DNA from: a bacterium
Lineage (GTDB): Bacteria > Acidobacteriota > Blastocatellia > HR10
Reading direction: 5' to 3'
NCBI GenBank assembly: GCA_041640655.1
Contig: JBEPZV010000049.1
Coordinates: forward strand, 1 to 17,390
DNA: 17,390 bases
In this document: in pieces, positions 9,265 to 16,962 of the stretch
Numbering within the stretch: the stretch's first letter is position 1
How the letters are laid out: every line of letters begins with the position of its first letter
Position numbers and translations under genes: made by a program
The notes under the pieces: model-generated
Told to the model about the DNA's origin: nothing
What the model saw: the letters and a program-made list of their open reading frames with translations, nothing else
Database searches by the model: none

Positions 9265-9932
9265 ACGTTGCTCTCGGCCACTCGTTCCAGCTCCGCTCGA
9301 TGGCGGATGAAGAGGCGTCTCCCCTCGAAGGCGATCAGGCGTTCGGCCAGGAGCCTCTCCAAGGCCTCGCGCACGGCTTCTTCCGAAAGGCATGTCAGAT
9401 GCATCAGAGCGCGAGCGGTCAGCTTCACCGGGACGACCAACTGCTTGTCGAGCGTCGGCACCCCGTATTCCTCGGCCAGTTGCAGGAGCACGCGCGCGAG
9501 GCGAGGGCGCGGCGCCGTATACAGCAATCGTGCGGGTGGGAGGGCCAGGGCGAGCTCTCCCCCTTCGGAGGGGACCACCATTCGTATGGTGGGCGCCGCG
9601 TGTTCATCCAGAGCCTGACGTTCCACCGTCTTCACGGTGAGGTCATCCAGAGCTTCGAGCACGAACTCCCGCGGCCCTTCAGGAAGCTCGCCGAAGAGAT
9701 CATCAGGGCCGAGTATGGCGACCGTTTTCTCCTGCCCCGTCGCTTCCAGGCGCGTGAGTCGCAGGCGCCCGGCGCTCACCAGATAGACATAATCGCGGGC
9801 CTCTTCGGGGAAGTAGATGTACAGCCCTCGCCGGACGAGGTCCACCGGCCAAGGATGCGCCGCGAGCGCGCGCACCAGGTCCGCGCTCCAGGCGCCGGCA
9901 GTCGCAAACCAAACGGCATTGAGCGCGAGCAT
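9261..9932 (-). CDS. Crp/Fnr family transcriptional regulator-like protein (divergent)
   Basis: IYFPEE-x3[15 protein letters not shown]4[17 protein letters not shown] (cNMP-binding fold), [14 protein letters not shown], winged-HTH-like C-terminus. ATG at 9932. Confidence 0.85.
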   Translation of the reverse strand: MLALNAVWFATAGAWSADLVRALAAHPWPVDLVRRGLYIYFPEEARDYVYLVSAGRLRLTRLEATGQEKTVAILGPDDLFGELPEGPREFVLEALDDLTVKTVERQALDEHAAPTIRMVVPSEGGELALALPPARLLYTAPRPRLARVLLQLAEEYGVPTLDKQLVVPVKLTARALMHLTCLSEEAVREALERLLAERLIAFEGRRLFIRHRAELERVAESNV

Positions 9933-9941
9933 GAGGAGAAG

Positions 9942-9985
9942 ATCATACGCGAGACCTTCCCGAGAGGGAAGGCGTGGGGTAAGAT
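9942..9985. promoter_or_regulatory. Overlapping divergent promoters (crp-like / purE) centred on a perfect inverted repeat
   Basis: CCTTCCC-GAGA-GGGAAGG at 9955-9972. Plus strand: TTCCCG(9957)-17-TAAGAT(9980). Minus strand: TTCCCT(9970)-17-TATGAT(9947). Confidence 0.5.
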
Positions 9986-10058
9986 AAAGTGGCTTTGGGA
10001 GACGTCGCGACGACTGTGCGACGCGTCCGCAAATTCGCAGAGGGAGCGGGAGGTCACC

Positions 10059-10562
10059 ATGGAGAGACGGAGCGAGCGACCTCTGGTCGGCGTCATTATG
10101 GGGAGCCGATCGGACTGGGAAACGATGCGCGGCGCGGTGGACGTCTTGCGGGAGCTGGGAATCCCTTGCGAGGTGCGCATCGTCTCGGCCCATCGGACAC
10201 CAGATCTGATGTTCGAGTACGCGGAGATGGCGCGCGCGCGCGGCTTGGAGGTCATCATTGCCGGAGCCGGCGGAGCGGCGCACTTGCCGGGGATGACGGC
10301 GGCCAAAACGATCCTGCCCGTCATCGGGGTCCCTGTCGAATCGAAGGCGCTCCGAGGGCTCGATTCCTTGCTCTCGATTGTGCAGATGCCGGCGGGCGTG
10401 CCCGTCGCCACCGTCGCCATCGGCAATGCGAGAAACGCGGGGCTGATGGCCGCGCGCATCCTGGCCCTCAAGTATCCGGAGATCGCCGACCGCCTCGCAG
10501 CCTATGTGGAGGCGATGAAGAACGAAGTCTTGCAGATGAGGATTGAGGAGGAATCAGCGTGA
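10059..10562 (+). CDS. purE: N5-carboxyaminoimidazole ribonucleotide mutase
   Basis: [56 protein letters not shown] upstream of ATG 10059. Confidence 0.98.
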   Translation: MERRSERPLVGVIMGSRSDWETMRGAVDVLRELGIPCEVRIVSAHRTPDLMFEYAEMARARGLEVIIAGAGGAAHLPGMTAAKTILPVIGVPVESKALRGLDSLLSIVQMPAGVPVATVAIGNARNAGLMAARILALKYPEIADRLAAYVEAMKNEVLQMRIEEESA

Positions 10563-11716
10563 CGCTCATCGGACCCGGGCGGACGATCGGTATCCTTGGA
10601 GGAGGACAACTCGGGCGCATGCTCGCGCTGGAGGCCAAGCGCATGGGATATCGCGTGATCACCTTGGACCCGGAGCCGGAATCCCCGTGCGGTCAAGTCG
10701 CTGATGCGCAGATCGTGGCCCCGTATGATGATCCGAAGGCCGTCCGGCAGCTTGGGCGAGCCACCGATGTCCTCACGTATGAGTTCGAGAACGTCTCGGC
10801 TGCATCGGTTCGAGCGCTGGAAGCAGATGGCCGGCGTGTTCATCCCTCAAGCGCTGTCCTCGCCATCACGCAAAATCGGCTGCGCGAGAAGACGTTCGTC
10901 GCCGGTCTGGGCATCGGCGTTCCGGCTTTTCGAGCCATCGCGTCTGTGGAGGACGTCGAGCGCGCAGCTGGTGAGGTCGGCTTCCCGGCTGTGCTCAAGA
11001 CGGTCTCCGGAGGGTATGATGGGAAGGGACAAATCGTCGTCCGAACGCTGGAGGAGGCGCGGGAGGCCTTCTGGCGATTGCACGCGCGGGGGAGTCCGAT
11101 CGAAGGTCCTCCGATGATCTGGGAGCAATGGGTGCCTTTCACGAAAGAGGTGAGCATGATCGGCGTTCGGGACGAGCGCGGAACCCTGGTGACCTATCCG
11201 CTCGTCGAGAACACGCACGTGAACAACATCCTGGACACATCGGTTGTCCCGGCCCGCGTGTCCCCACGGGTCGAAGAGGAAGCGCGCCAGATCGTTCGGG
11301 CGATCGGGGAGCATCTCCAGATGGTGGGCGTGTATTGCGTCGAGATGTTCTTGCTGGAGGATCGCCTGCTCGTCAACGAGATCGCTCCGCGACCTCATAA
11401 TTCCGGGCATTACACGCTCGACGCGTGCATGGTCTCCCAATTTGAGAACCATGTGCGGGCGATCTGCGGGCTGCCGATCGTCGCGCCGCTGCTGCGCTCT
11501 CCGGCCGTGATGGTCAATCTGCTCGGGGATGGACGGGGCCATCGGTTGATGGGCGTGGAGCGCATCCTGGAGGATCCGCGCGTGCGGGTGCATCTGTATG
11601 GGAAGAAGGAGGCGCGTCCGGGTCGGAAGATGGGACACTTGACGGTTCTGGCCGAGAGCGTGGATGAAGCGCTCGATCTCGCCCGTCGGGCGCGAGGGCA
11701 GCTTCAGTGGGGGTAA
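10559..11716 (+). CDS. purK: N5-carboxyaminoimidazole ribonucleotide synthase (ATP-grasp)
   Basis: [43 protein letters not shown] overlap with purE. Confidence 0.98.
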   Translation: MTLIGPGRTIGILGGGQLGRMLALEAKRMGYRVITLDPEPESPCGQVADAQIVAPYDDPKAVRQLGRATDVLTYEFENVSAASVRALEADGRRVHPSSAVLAITQNRLREKTFVAGLGIGVPAFRAIASVEDVERAAGEVGFPAVLKTVSGGYDGKGQIVVRTLEEAREAFWRLHARGSPIEGPPMIWEQWVPFTKEVSMIGVRDERGTLVTYPLVENTHVNNILDTSVVPARVSPRVEEEARQIVRAIGEHLQMVGVYCVEMFLLEDRLLVNEIAPRPHNSGHYTLDACMVSQFENHVRAICGLPIVAPLLRSPAVMVNLLGDGRGHRLMGVERILEDPRVRVHLYGKKEARPGRKMGHLTVLAESVDEALDLARRARGQLQWG

Positions 11717-12372
11717 GGGATCGAGACGCCGACAGCGGCGCGCTTGATCGCCACACCGACGATGTGGGGGGCGACCAGGGGGACGGGGAGCAGGAGCCGC
11801 TGCAGGAACACGCGCTCGAAGCCCACAGTGCTGATGATCCGATCCGTCTCGCGATCCGGATGGCATCCGGCGGTGAATCGCTTCCACAGAGGACGCGCTC
11901 GCTCCTGCCATCGGCGGAGGCGGGTGCCCGCCGGGGCCGCCACGTGTTCGATGAAGAGGAATCGCCCGCCAGGCACAAGCACGCGCAGGATCTCGCGCAA
12001 TGCACGCTCCGGGTCCGACACTGTGCAGAGCACGTGGGTGCTCACGACCGCATCCACGCTCTCGTCTTCCAGGGCGAGCTGTTCGGCCCATCCCACGATG
12101 AGCGCTGCGTTCACCTCCTGTCGTTCGACTTCGGCTCGCAGATAGCGATGCATGAAGGGATTCGGCTCGACCCCGATCCATTGGACTTGCGCAGGATAGT
12201 ACCGGAGGTTTGGCCCCGTGCCCGGCCCGATCTCCAAAACGCGCCCGCGAAGTCCGGCCAGAAGCTTTTCCTTGTACGGTCGTAGGTGCGCATCGGTATA
12301 TGAACTCACCCGCGCCATCACCCACGCGTGCCAGCGTTGGCTGAGCCTCCCCTGTAGCTTCCTGTGGTTCAT
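11704..12372 (-). CDS. Class I SAM-dependent methyltransferase (Methyltransf_11 / METTL7-like)
   Basis: VLEIGPGTG motif I, GVEPNPFM, DESVDAVVSTHVLCTV, RVLVPGGRFLFIEHV, GCHPDR. The 3' end overlaps purK by 13 bp (convergent). Confidence 0.93.
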   Translation of the reverse strand: MNHRKLQGRLSQRWHAWVMARVSSYTDAHLRPYKEKLLAGLRGRVLEIGPGTGPNLRYYPAQVQWIGVEPNPFMHRYLRAEVERQEVNAALIVGWAEQLALEDESVDAVVSTHVLCTVSDPERALREILRVLVPGGRFLFIEHVAAPAGTRLRRWQERARPLWKRFTAGCHPDRETDRIISTVGFERVFLQRLLLPVPLVAPHIVGVAIKRAAVGVSIPYPH

Positions 12373-12381
12373 CGGGACAAC

Positions 12382-12390
12382 AGTGTAGCA
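12382..12390 (-). promoter_or_regulatory. Extended -10 element just upstream of the methyltransferase start
   Basis: Minus strand TG-C-TACACT, 9 nt before ATG 12372; no SD sequence. Confidence 0.5.
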
Positions 12391-12460
12391 CGTCTTCCCC
12401 TCGCCCCGCTGCGTCTATCAGCGAGTGCTGCCCGCCTTTCATCGGCCATCGCTGACGGGG

Positions 12461-12489
12461 TTCCTTCGCGGCGGGCTTTGTGATATAAC
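12461..12489 (+). promoter_or_regulatory. Candidate promoter of the fumarase operon
   Basis: TTCCTT (12461), 17-nt spacer ending TGA, TATAAC (12484-12489). Confidence 0.35.
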
Positions 12490-12623
12490 CCTCCTCTGTG
12501 GAGGAAGAGGAAGTGTGGAATCGGCAATGAAGGCCGTGGCCTGCTTCGGCATGGGCAGAGGGACGATGAGTGAAGATGTGCCGACTCGATCTCCAGAGCT
12601 TCGCCTCCCCCTTGAGCGGGAGT

Positions 12624-12708
12624 GTCACGCGCGGGATCCCATCTCCCGACCGTTCCAGCGGCCGTCGCTGCAGCTCATGCCTCCTGAGGTGAGGTCACGC
12701 GGGGGATC
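12624..12708 (+). repeat. 15-bp imperfect direct repeat, 70 bp apart, in the fumarase leader
   Basis: GTCACGCGCGGGATC (12624-12638) and GTCACGCGGGGGATC (12694-12708), 14/15 identical. Confidence 0.6.
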
Positions 12709-12729
12709 TTATGAGGAGGGAGGGTGGTG

Positions 12730-14250
12730 ATGCGGGCATTCAGGGCGAGCATGCTTGAGCTGATCACGAAGACTTCGACGACGCTGCCGGCCGATGTGCG
12801 GCGCGCGATCGCCGCGGCCTTAGAGCAAGAGGAGCCGGGGACGCGCGCGGCGCAGGCACTGGCGGTGATCGCGACCAACATTGACATGGCGTGTGAGGCC
12901 GAGGGACCGATCTGCCAGGACACGGGCATGCCGACGTTCGAGATCAAGGTTCCCGTCGGAGCGAATCAAATCGTCCTGAGGCGACAGATCGAGGAAGCCA
13001 TCGCCGAAGCCACGCGCCTGGGGAAGCTGCGCCCGAACTCGGTGGATTCGCTCACCGGGAAGAATAGCGGCACGAATCTCGGGCCGGGCACGCCCATCAT
13101 TCACTTCGAGCAATGGGAGAATGATGCGGAGATCGAAGTTCGCCTGATCCTCAAGGGCGGGGGGTGTGAGAATCAGAACGCGCAGTACTCGCTCCCGTGC
13201 GAGCTGCCGCATCTGGGGCGCGCCGATCGCAATTTGGACGGTGTGCGCAAGTGTATCCTGCACGCCATCTGGCAGGCACAGGGACAGGGCTGTAGCGCCG
13301 GAGCCGTCGGCGTGTGCATCGGTGGGGATCGCGCGTCGGGGTATCATCATGCGAAGCTCCAATTATTCCGCCCGCTCGACGATGTGAATCCGGATCCCGA
13401 CCTCGCGCGGTTGGAGGAGTACATCCTCAAGGCGGCGAATACGCTCAACATTGGCACGATGGGATTCGGGGGGCGGGTGACGCTCATCGGATGCAAGATC
13501 GGAGCGCTCAATCGGCTGCCGGCCAGCTTCTTCGTCTCGGTCGCGTACGACTGTTGGGCCTTCCGCCGGTTGGGCGTCGTCCTGGATGCGCGGACCGGAG
13601 AGATCACGCGGTGGCTCTATCGTGACGAGCATCCGCAGCGATTGGCGCGTATTGAGGGCGTGCCGCTGACCGGGAAGGAGATCTCGATTCAGGCGCCGCT
13701 CTCGGAGGAAGCGGTGCGTCGGTTGAAGGTCGGCGATGTCGTGCTCGTCCAAGGTGAGGTCTTCACCGGGCGCGATGCCGTGCACGCGCACTTGATGAAG
13801 CATGAGCCGCCGGTGGACCTGCAGGGGGCCATCCTCTATCACTGCGGTCCGGTCGCCTTGCGCGAGGACGGGCGGTGGCGCATCACGGCGGCCGGGCCGA
13901 CCACGAGCATGCGCGAGGAGCCTTATCAGGGTGAGATCATTCGCCGATACGGCGTGCGCGCCGTGATCGGCAAAGGCGGCATGGGGCCGAAGACGTTGGC
14001 CGCGATGAAGGAATATGGCGCCGTCTATCTGAATGCCATCGGCGGCGCCGCGCAGTATTACGCCCGATGCATCGAGGACGTGCTCGACGTCCATCTGCTG
14101 GAATTCGGGATCCCGGAGGCGATGTGGCATCTGCGGGTGAAGGATTTCCCGGCCATCGTCACCATGGACGCGCACGGGAACTCGCTCCACGAGGATGTGG
14201 AGCGCGCTTCGGCCGTCCTCCTGGAGAAGCTGGCCGAGCCCGTCTTCTGA
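12730..14250 (+). CDS. fumA: Class I (Fe-S) fumarate hydratase, fused alpha/beta (FumA/TtdAB family)
   Basis: PICQDTG, LRPNSVD, KGGGCEN, GQGCSAG, YDCWA, TGRDAVH, AGPTTSMR, IGKGGMG, GIPEAMW, VTMDAHGNSLH. Start is GTG 12724/12727 or ATG 12730. Confidence 0.93.
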   Translation: MRAFRASMLELITKTSTTLPADVRRAIAAALEQEEPGTRAAQALAVIATNIDMACEAEGPICQDTGMPTFEIKVPVGANQIVLRRQIEEAIAEATRLGKLRPNSVDSLTGKNSGTNLGPGTPIIHFEQWENDAEIEVRLILKGGGCENQNAQYSLPCELPHLGRADRNLDGVRKCILHAIWQAQGQGCSAGAVGVCIGGDRASGYHHAKLQLFRPLDDVNPDPDLARLEEYILKAANTLNIGTMGFGGRVTLIGCKIGALNRLPASFFVSVAYDCWAFRRLGVVLDARTGEITRWLYRDEHPQRLARIEGVPLTGKEISIQAPLSEEAVRRLKVGDVVLVQGEVFTGRDAVHAHLMKHEPPVDLQGAILYHCGPVALREDGRWRITAAGPTTSMREEPYQGEIIRRYGVRAVIGKGGMGPKTLAAMKEYGAVYLNAIGGAAQYYARCIEDVLDVHLLEFGIPEAMWHLRVKDFPAIVTMDAHGNSLHEDVERASAVLLEKLAEPVF

Positions 14251-14281
14251 GGGATGGGCGTTCGCTCAGGAGGGGAGAGGG

Positions 14282-14866
14282 ATGAATGTGGTGAAAGCAG
14301 AACACGCGCTCGCTTCTGGGCGCGTGATTCGACTCGTTCACGGGGACATCACCGAGGAGCACGTGGATGCGATCGTCAATGCGGCGAATTCGCATCTGCA
14401 GCATGGCGGAGGCGTCGCGGCGGCGATCGTGCGCAAAGGCGGAGCGGTGATTCAGCGAGAGAGTGAGGCGTGGGTGCGCCAGCATGGCCCGGTTCCGACT
14501 GGACGCGCGGCGATCACCAGTGCGGGCGCGTTACCGTGTCGGGCCGTCATCCACGCTGTGGGGCCGATTTGGCGCGGCGGACAGGAGGGGGAAGAGGAGC
14601 AACTTCGCTCCGCCGCGCTCTCCAGTTTCGCACTCGCGAGTGACCGAGGATTCACGAGCCTCGCCCTTCCGGCCATCAGTGCGGGGATCTTCGGCTTCCC
14701 CGCCGCTCGCTGTGCGGAGATCCTTCTGACGGCCGCTCGGGATTTCTTGCGCGAGCACCCGGAGAGCTCGCTGCGGGAGATTCGATTCGTCCTTTTTGAT
14801 CCCTCGACGCTCGACGCATTCCTGCACGCCTTTCATCGAGTCTTCGGGCCAGCGGCGGAGTCCTGA
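14282..14866 (+). CDS. Macro domain protein (MacroD/YmdB-like ADP-ribose/O-acetyl-ADP-ribose hydrolase)
   Basis: GDITEEHVDAIVNAANSHLQHGGGVAAAI, VIHAVGP, PAISAGIFGFP; purine-rich SD before ATG 14282. Confidence 0.95.
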   Translation: MNVVKAEHALASGRVIRLVHGDITEEHVDAIVNAANSHLQHGGGVAAAIVRKGGAVIQRESEAWVRQHGPVPTGRAAITSAGALPCRAVIHAVGPIWRGGQEGEEEQLRSAALSSFALASDRGFTSLALPAISAGIFGFPAARCAEILLTAARDFLREHPESSLREIRFVLFDPSTLDAFLHAFHRVFGPAAES

Positions 14867-14868
14867 AG

Positions 14869-15861
14869 ATGAGTCATCCGGCCCTTTTGACGCCAGAGGA
14901 AGTGCGCCTCCTCGCGCAGGTGGACCAGTTGGCCGAGGAGATGTTCGACTTCTTGGCGCATCTGATTCGCATCCCGACGGTGAATCCCCCTGGCGAGCAT
15001 TATGCCGAGTGCGCGGCGTTCGTCGGCGAGCGACTGGTGGGCTTCGGATATGAAGTCACCCACCTGACGGTCATCGAATCCCCGGCTCACGGCGCGCGCA
15101 CTCCGCGCGTGAACGTCGTAGGACGATTCGCGCGGTGTGGACCCGGGCGCACGGTTCATGTGAACGCGCATATGGACGTCGCCCCTGTTGGCGAGGGATG
15201 GACGGTGGAACCGTTCGCCGGGATCATCCGCGAGGGGAGGATCTTCGGGCGTGGAGCGGCCGACGCGAAAGCGGGGTTCGCGGCCGGCCTCTATGCCGTC
15301 GAAGCATTGCGGCGCGCGCACATCGCCTTCGATGGCGCGATCGAAGTGAGCGTGACGACCGATGGCGAGAGCGGGGGAGAGGGGGGGGTAGGGCATCTCG
15401 TGGATACGGGCATAGTACGGGCCGGACGAACCGATGCGGTGATCCTCGCCGCAGCTTCCGGTGTGGAGCGCCTGCGCTTTGATCCTCAAAGCGGACATCT
15501 GTCCGGAGACGTCGCGACCACGCGGGGCGGACTCGCACCCGTGACCTTCGCGGAGGTCCTCAAGAAGATGCGCATCGTGCGCGCGCTGGATCGCGCGATC
15601 CGCGTCGTGCTTGTTCGCGCTCCCGAGTATGTGGTGGGCCCCGCCGTTCCTGATTGCGCGCACATATGGCGGAGTGGGGTCGAGGAATGCCTCCTCTATG
15701 GTCCCGGACGCTTCGAATACGCTCGGCGGCCGGATGAGCAGTGCCGTTTGGATGATGTGGTGGCCGGATGTAAGGTGCTCGCTCTGGCATTGCTGTGGAT
15801 GTTGAGGGAGGACGCGGAGGATTCTCCCGCGCGGATATTCCGAGTGGAGGGATCCCATTAG
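14869..15861 (+). CDS. M20 family (ArgE/DapE-like) metallohydrolase homolog with degenerate active site and missing dimerisation domain
   Basis: LIRIPTVNPPG, NAHMDVAP, GRIFGRGAADAKAG, YGPG...PDE. It has TTDGESGG instead of DEE, ILAAA instead of I-x-x-EP, and ARRPDE instead of AHxPDE. Confidence 0.85.
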   Translation: MSHPALLTPEEVRLLAQVDQLAEEMFDFLAHLIRIPTVNPPGEHYAECAAFVGERLVGFGYEVTHLTVIESPAHGARTPRVNVVGRFARCGPGRTVHVNAHMDVAPVGEGWTVEPFAGIIREGRIFGRGAADAKAGFAAGLYAVEALRRAHIAFDGAIEVSVTTDGESGGEGGVGHLVDTGIVRAGRTDAVILAAASGVERLRFDPQSGHLSGDVATTRGGLAPVTFAEVLKKMRIVRALDRAIRVVLVRAPEYVVGPAVPDCAHIWRSGVEECLLYGPGRFEYARRPDEQCRLDDVVAGCKVLALALLWMLREDAEDSPARIFRVEGSH

Positions 15862-16962
15862 ATGGGGCGACTCACGCGGCGGGCGTTTCATCAGCAAGCG
15901 CTCTCGCTGCTGGCCTGTGGCGCCTTAGGGAGGAACATGATGGCAGGACCCCCTGAATCGGAGAGGCACGAGCCGAGGGCGTCTCCGGGTGGGTTGACGG
16001 ACGTCCCGGGGATCAAAGTCGGACATTTCACCCATTCGCAACGTCCCACGGGCTGCACGGTCGTCCTCGCTGAAGAGGGAGCCATCGCCGGCGTGGACGT
16101 CCGTGGCTCGGCTCCGGGAACGCGGGAGACGGATCTGCTCAATCCGATTCATACCGTGCAGAAGGTGCATGCGGTCGTCCTCGCGGGCGGGAGCGCGTTC
16201 GGATTAGATGCGGCCTCCGGCGTCATGCAGTACCTTGAAGAACGCGGCATCGGTTTTGAGACGCGTGTGGCGAAGGTCCCGATTGTGCCGGCGGCGATCC
16301 TGTTCGATCTGGCGGTGGGAGACCCGCGAATCCGTCCGGATCGTGAGGCGGGGTATCGCGCCTGTGTGCGTGCCTCCGCTGGACCGGTCGAAGAGGGAAA
16401 TGTGGGCGCGGGAGCTGGCGCGACCGTCGGGAAGTTGTTCGGCCTGGATCGCGCGATGAAGGGGGGATTGGGAACGGCGAGCGTGCAGGTGGGCGAAGTG
16501 ATTGTGGCGGCGCTGGTGGTCGTGAATGCGGTGGGGGATGTCGGTGATCCCCAGACGGGGCGCATCCTGGCCGGAGTCCGCACGCCGGATGGGAAGCACT
16601 TGGCGGATGCTCTGGCGCTTCTGCGAAGGGGGGAGAGGCCGGCTTCGCTTCGGCCTGGGGAGAACACGACCCTCGGTGTCATCGCGACCAATGCGGCGTT
16701 TGACAAAGCGGGGATGACCAAGATCGCTCAGATGGGGCATGATGGATTGGCTCGCGCCATTCGTCCCGTGCACATGCCGTTTGATGGCGATACGCTGTTC
16801 GCGCTCTCGACGGGGCGGGTGCGAGGTGCCGATCTCGGCCTTGTCGGAGCGCTGGCGGCCGAAGTCGTTGCCGAGGCCGTGGTCCGCGCCGTCCTGAAGG
16901 CCGAGAGTGTGCCCGGCTATCCGGCTGCTCGCGATCTGCTTCGCGCTTCCGACGCCAGATGA
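15862..16962 (+). CDS. P1/S58 family (DmpA/OAT superfamily) autoprocessing peptidase/amidohydrolase, Thr-nucleophile type
   Basis: LTDVPGIKVGH, GVDVRGSAPGTRETDLL, LAGGSAFGL, VPIVPAAILFDL, GNVGAGAGA, ENTTLGVIATN, HDGLARAIRPVHMPFDGDTLF; N-terminal TRRAF. Confidence 0.95.
   Translation: MGRLTRRAFHQQALSLLACGALGRNMMAGPPESERHEPRASPGGLTDVPGIKVGHFTHSQRPTGCTVVLAEEGAIAGVDVRGSAPGTRETDLLNPIHTVQKVHAVVLAGGSAFGLDAASGVMQYLEERGIGFETRVAKVPIVPAAILFDLAVGDPRIRPDREAGYRACVRASAGPVEEGNVGAGAGATVGKLFGLDRAMKGGLGTASVQVGEVIVAALVVVNAVGDVGDPQTGRILAGVRTPDGKHLADALALLRRGERPASLRPGENTTLGVIATNAAFDKAGMTKIAQMGHDGLARAIRPVHMPFDGDTLFALSTGRVRGADLGLVGALAAEVVAEAVVRAVLKAESVPGYPAARDLLRASDAR

Noticed and set aside
9300..10058. N-terminal extension making a 420-aa PurE
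   Set aside because: It is antisense to the Crp-like gene. The real purE starts at ATG 10059 with GGAGG.
9986..10058. Possible purine/ZTP riboswitch in the purE leader
   Set aside because: The leader is short with only small GC palindromes (GTCGCGAC, GACGCGTC), and no conserved aptamer motifs were recognised.
10847..12628. 593-aa minus-strand ORF
   Set aside because: It overlaps purK in antisense and the methyltransferase in another frame, with no recognisable motifs.
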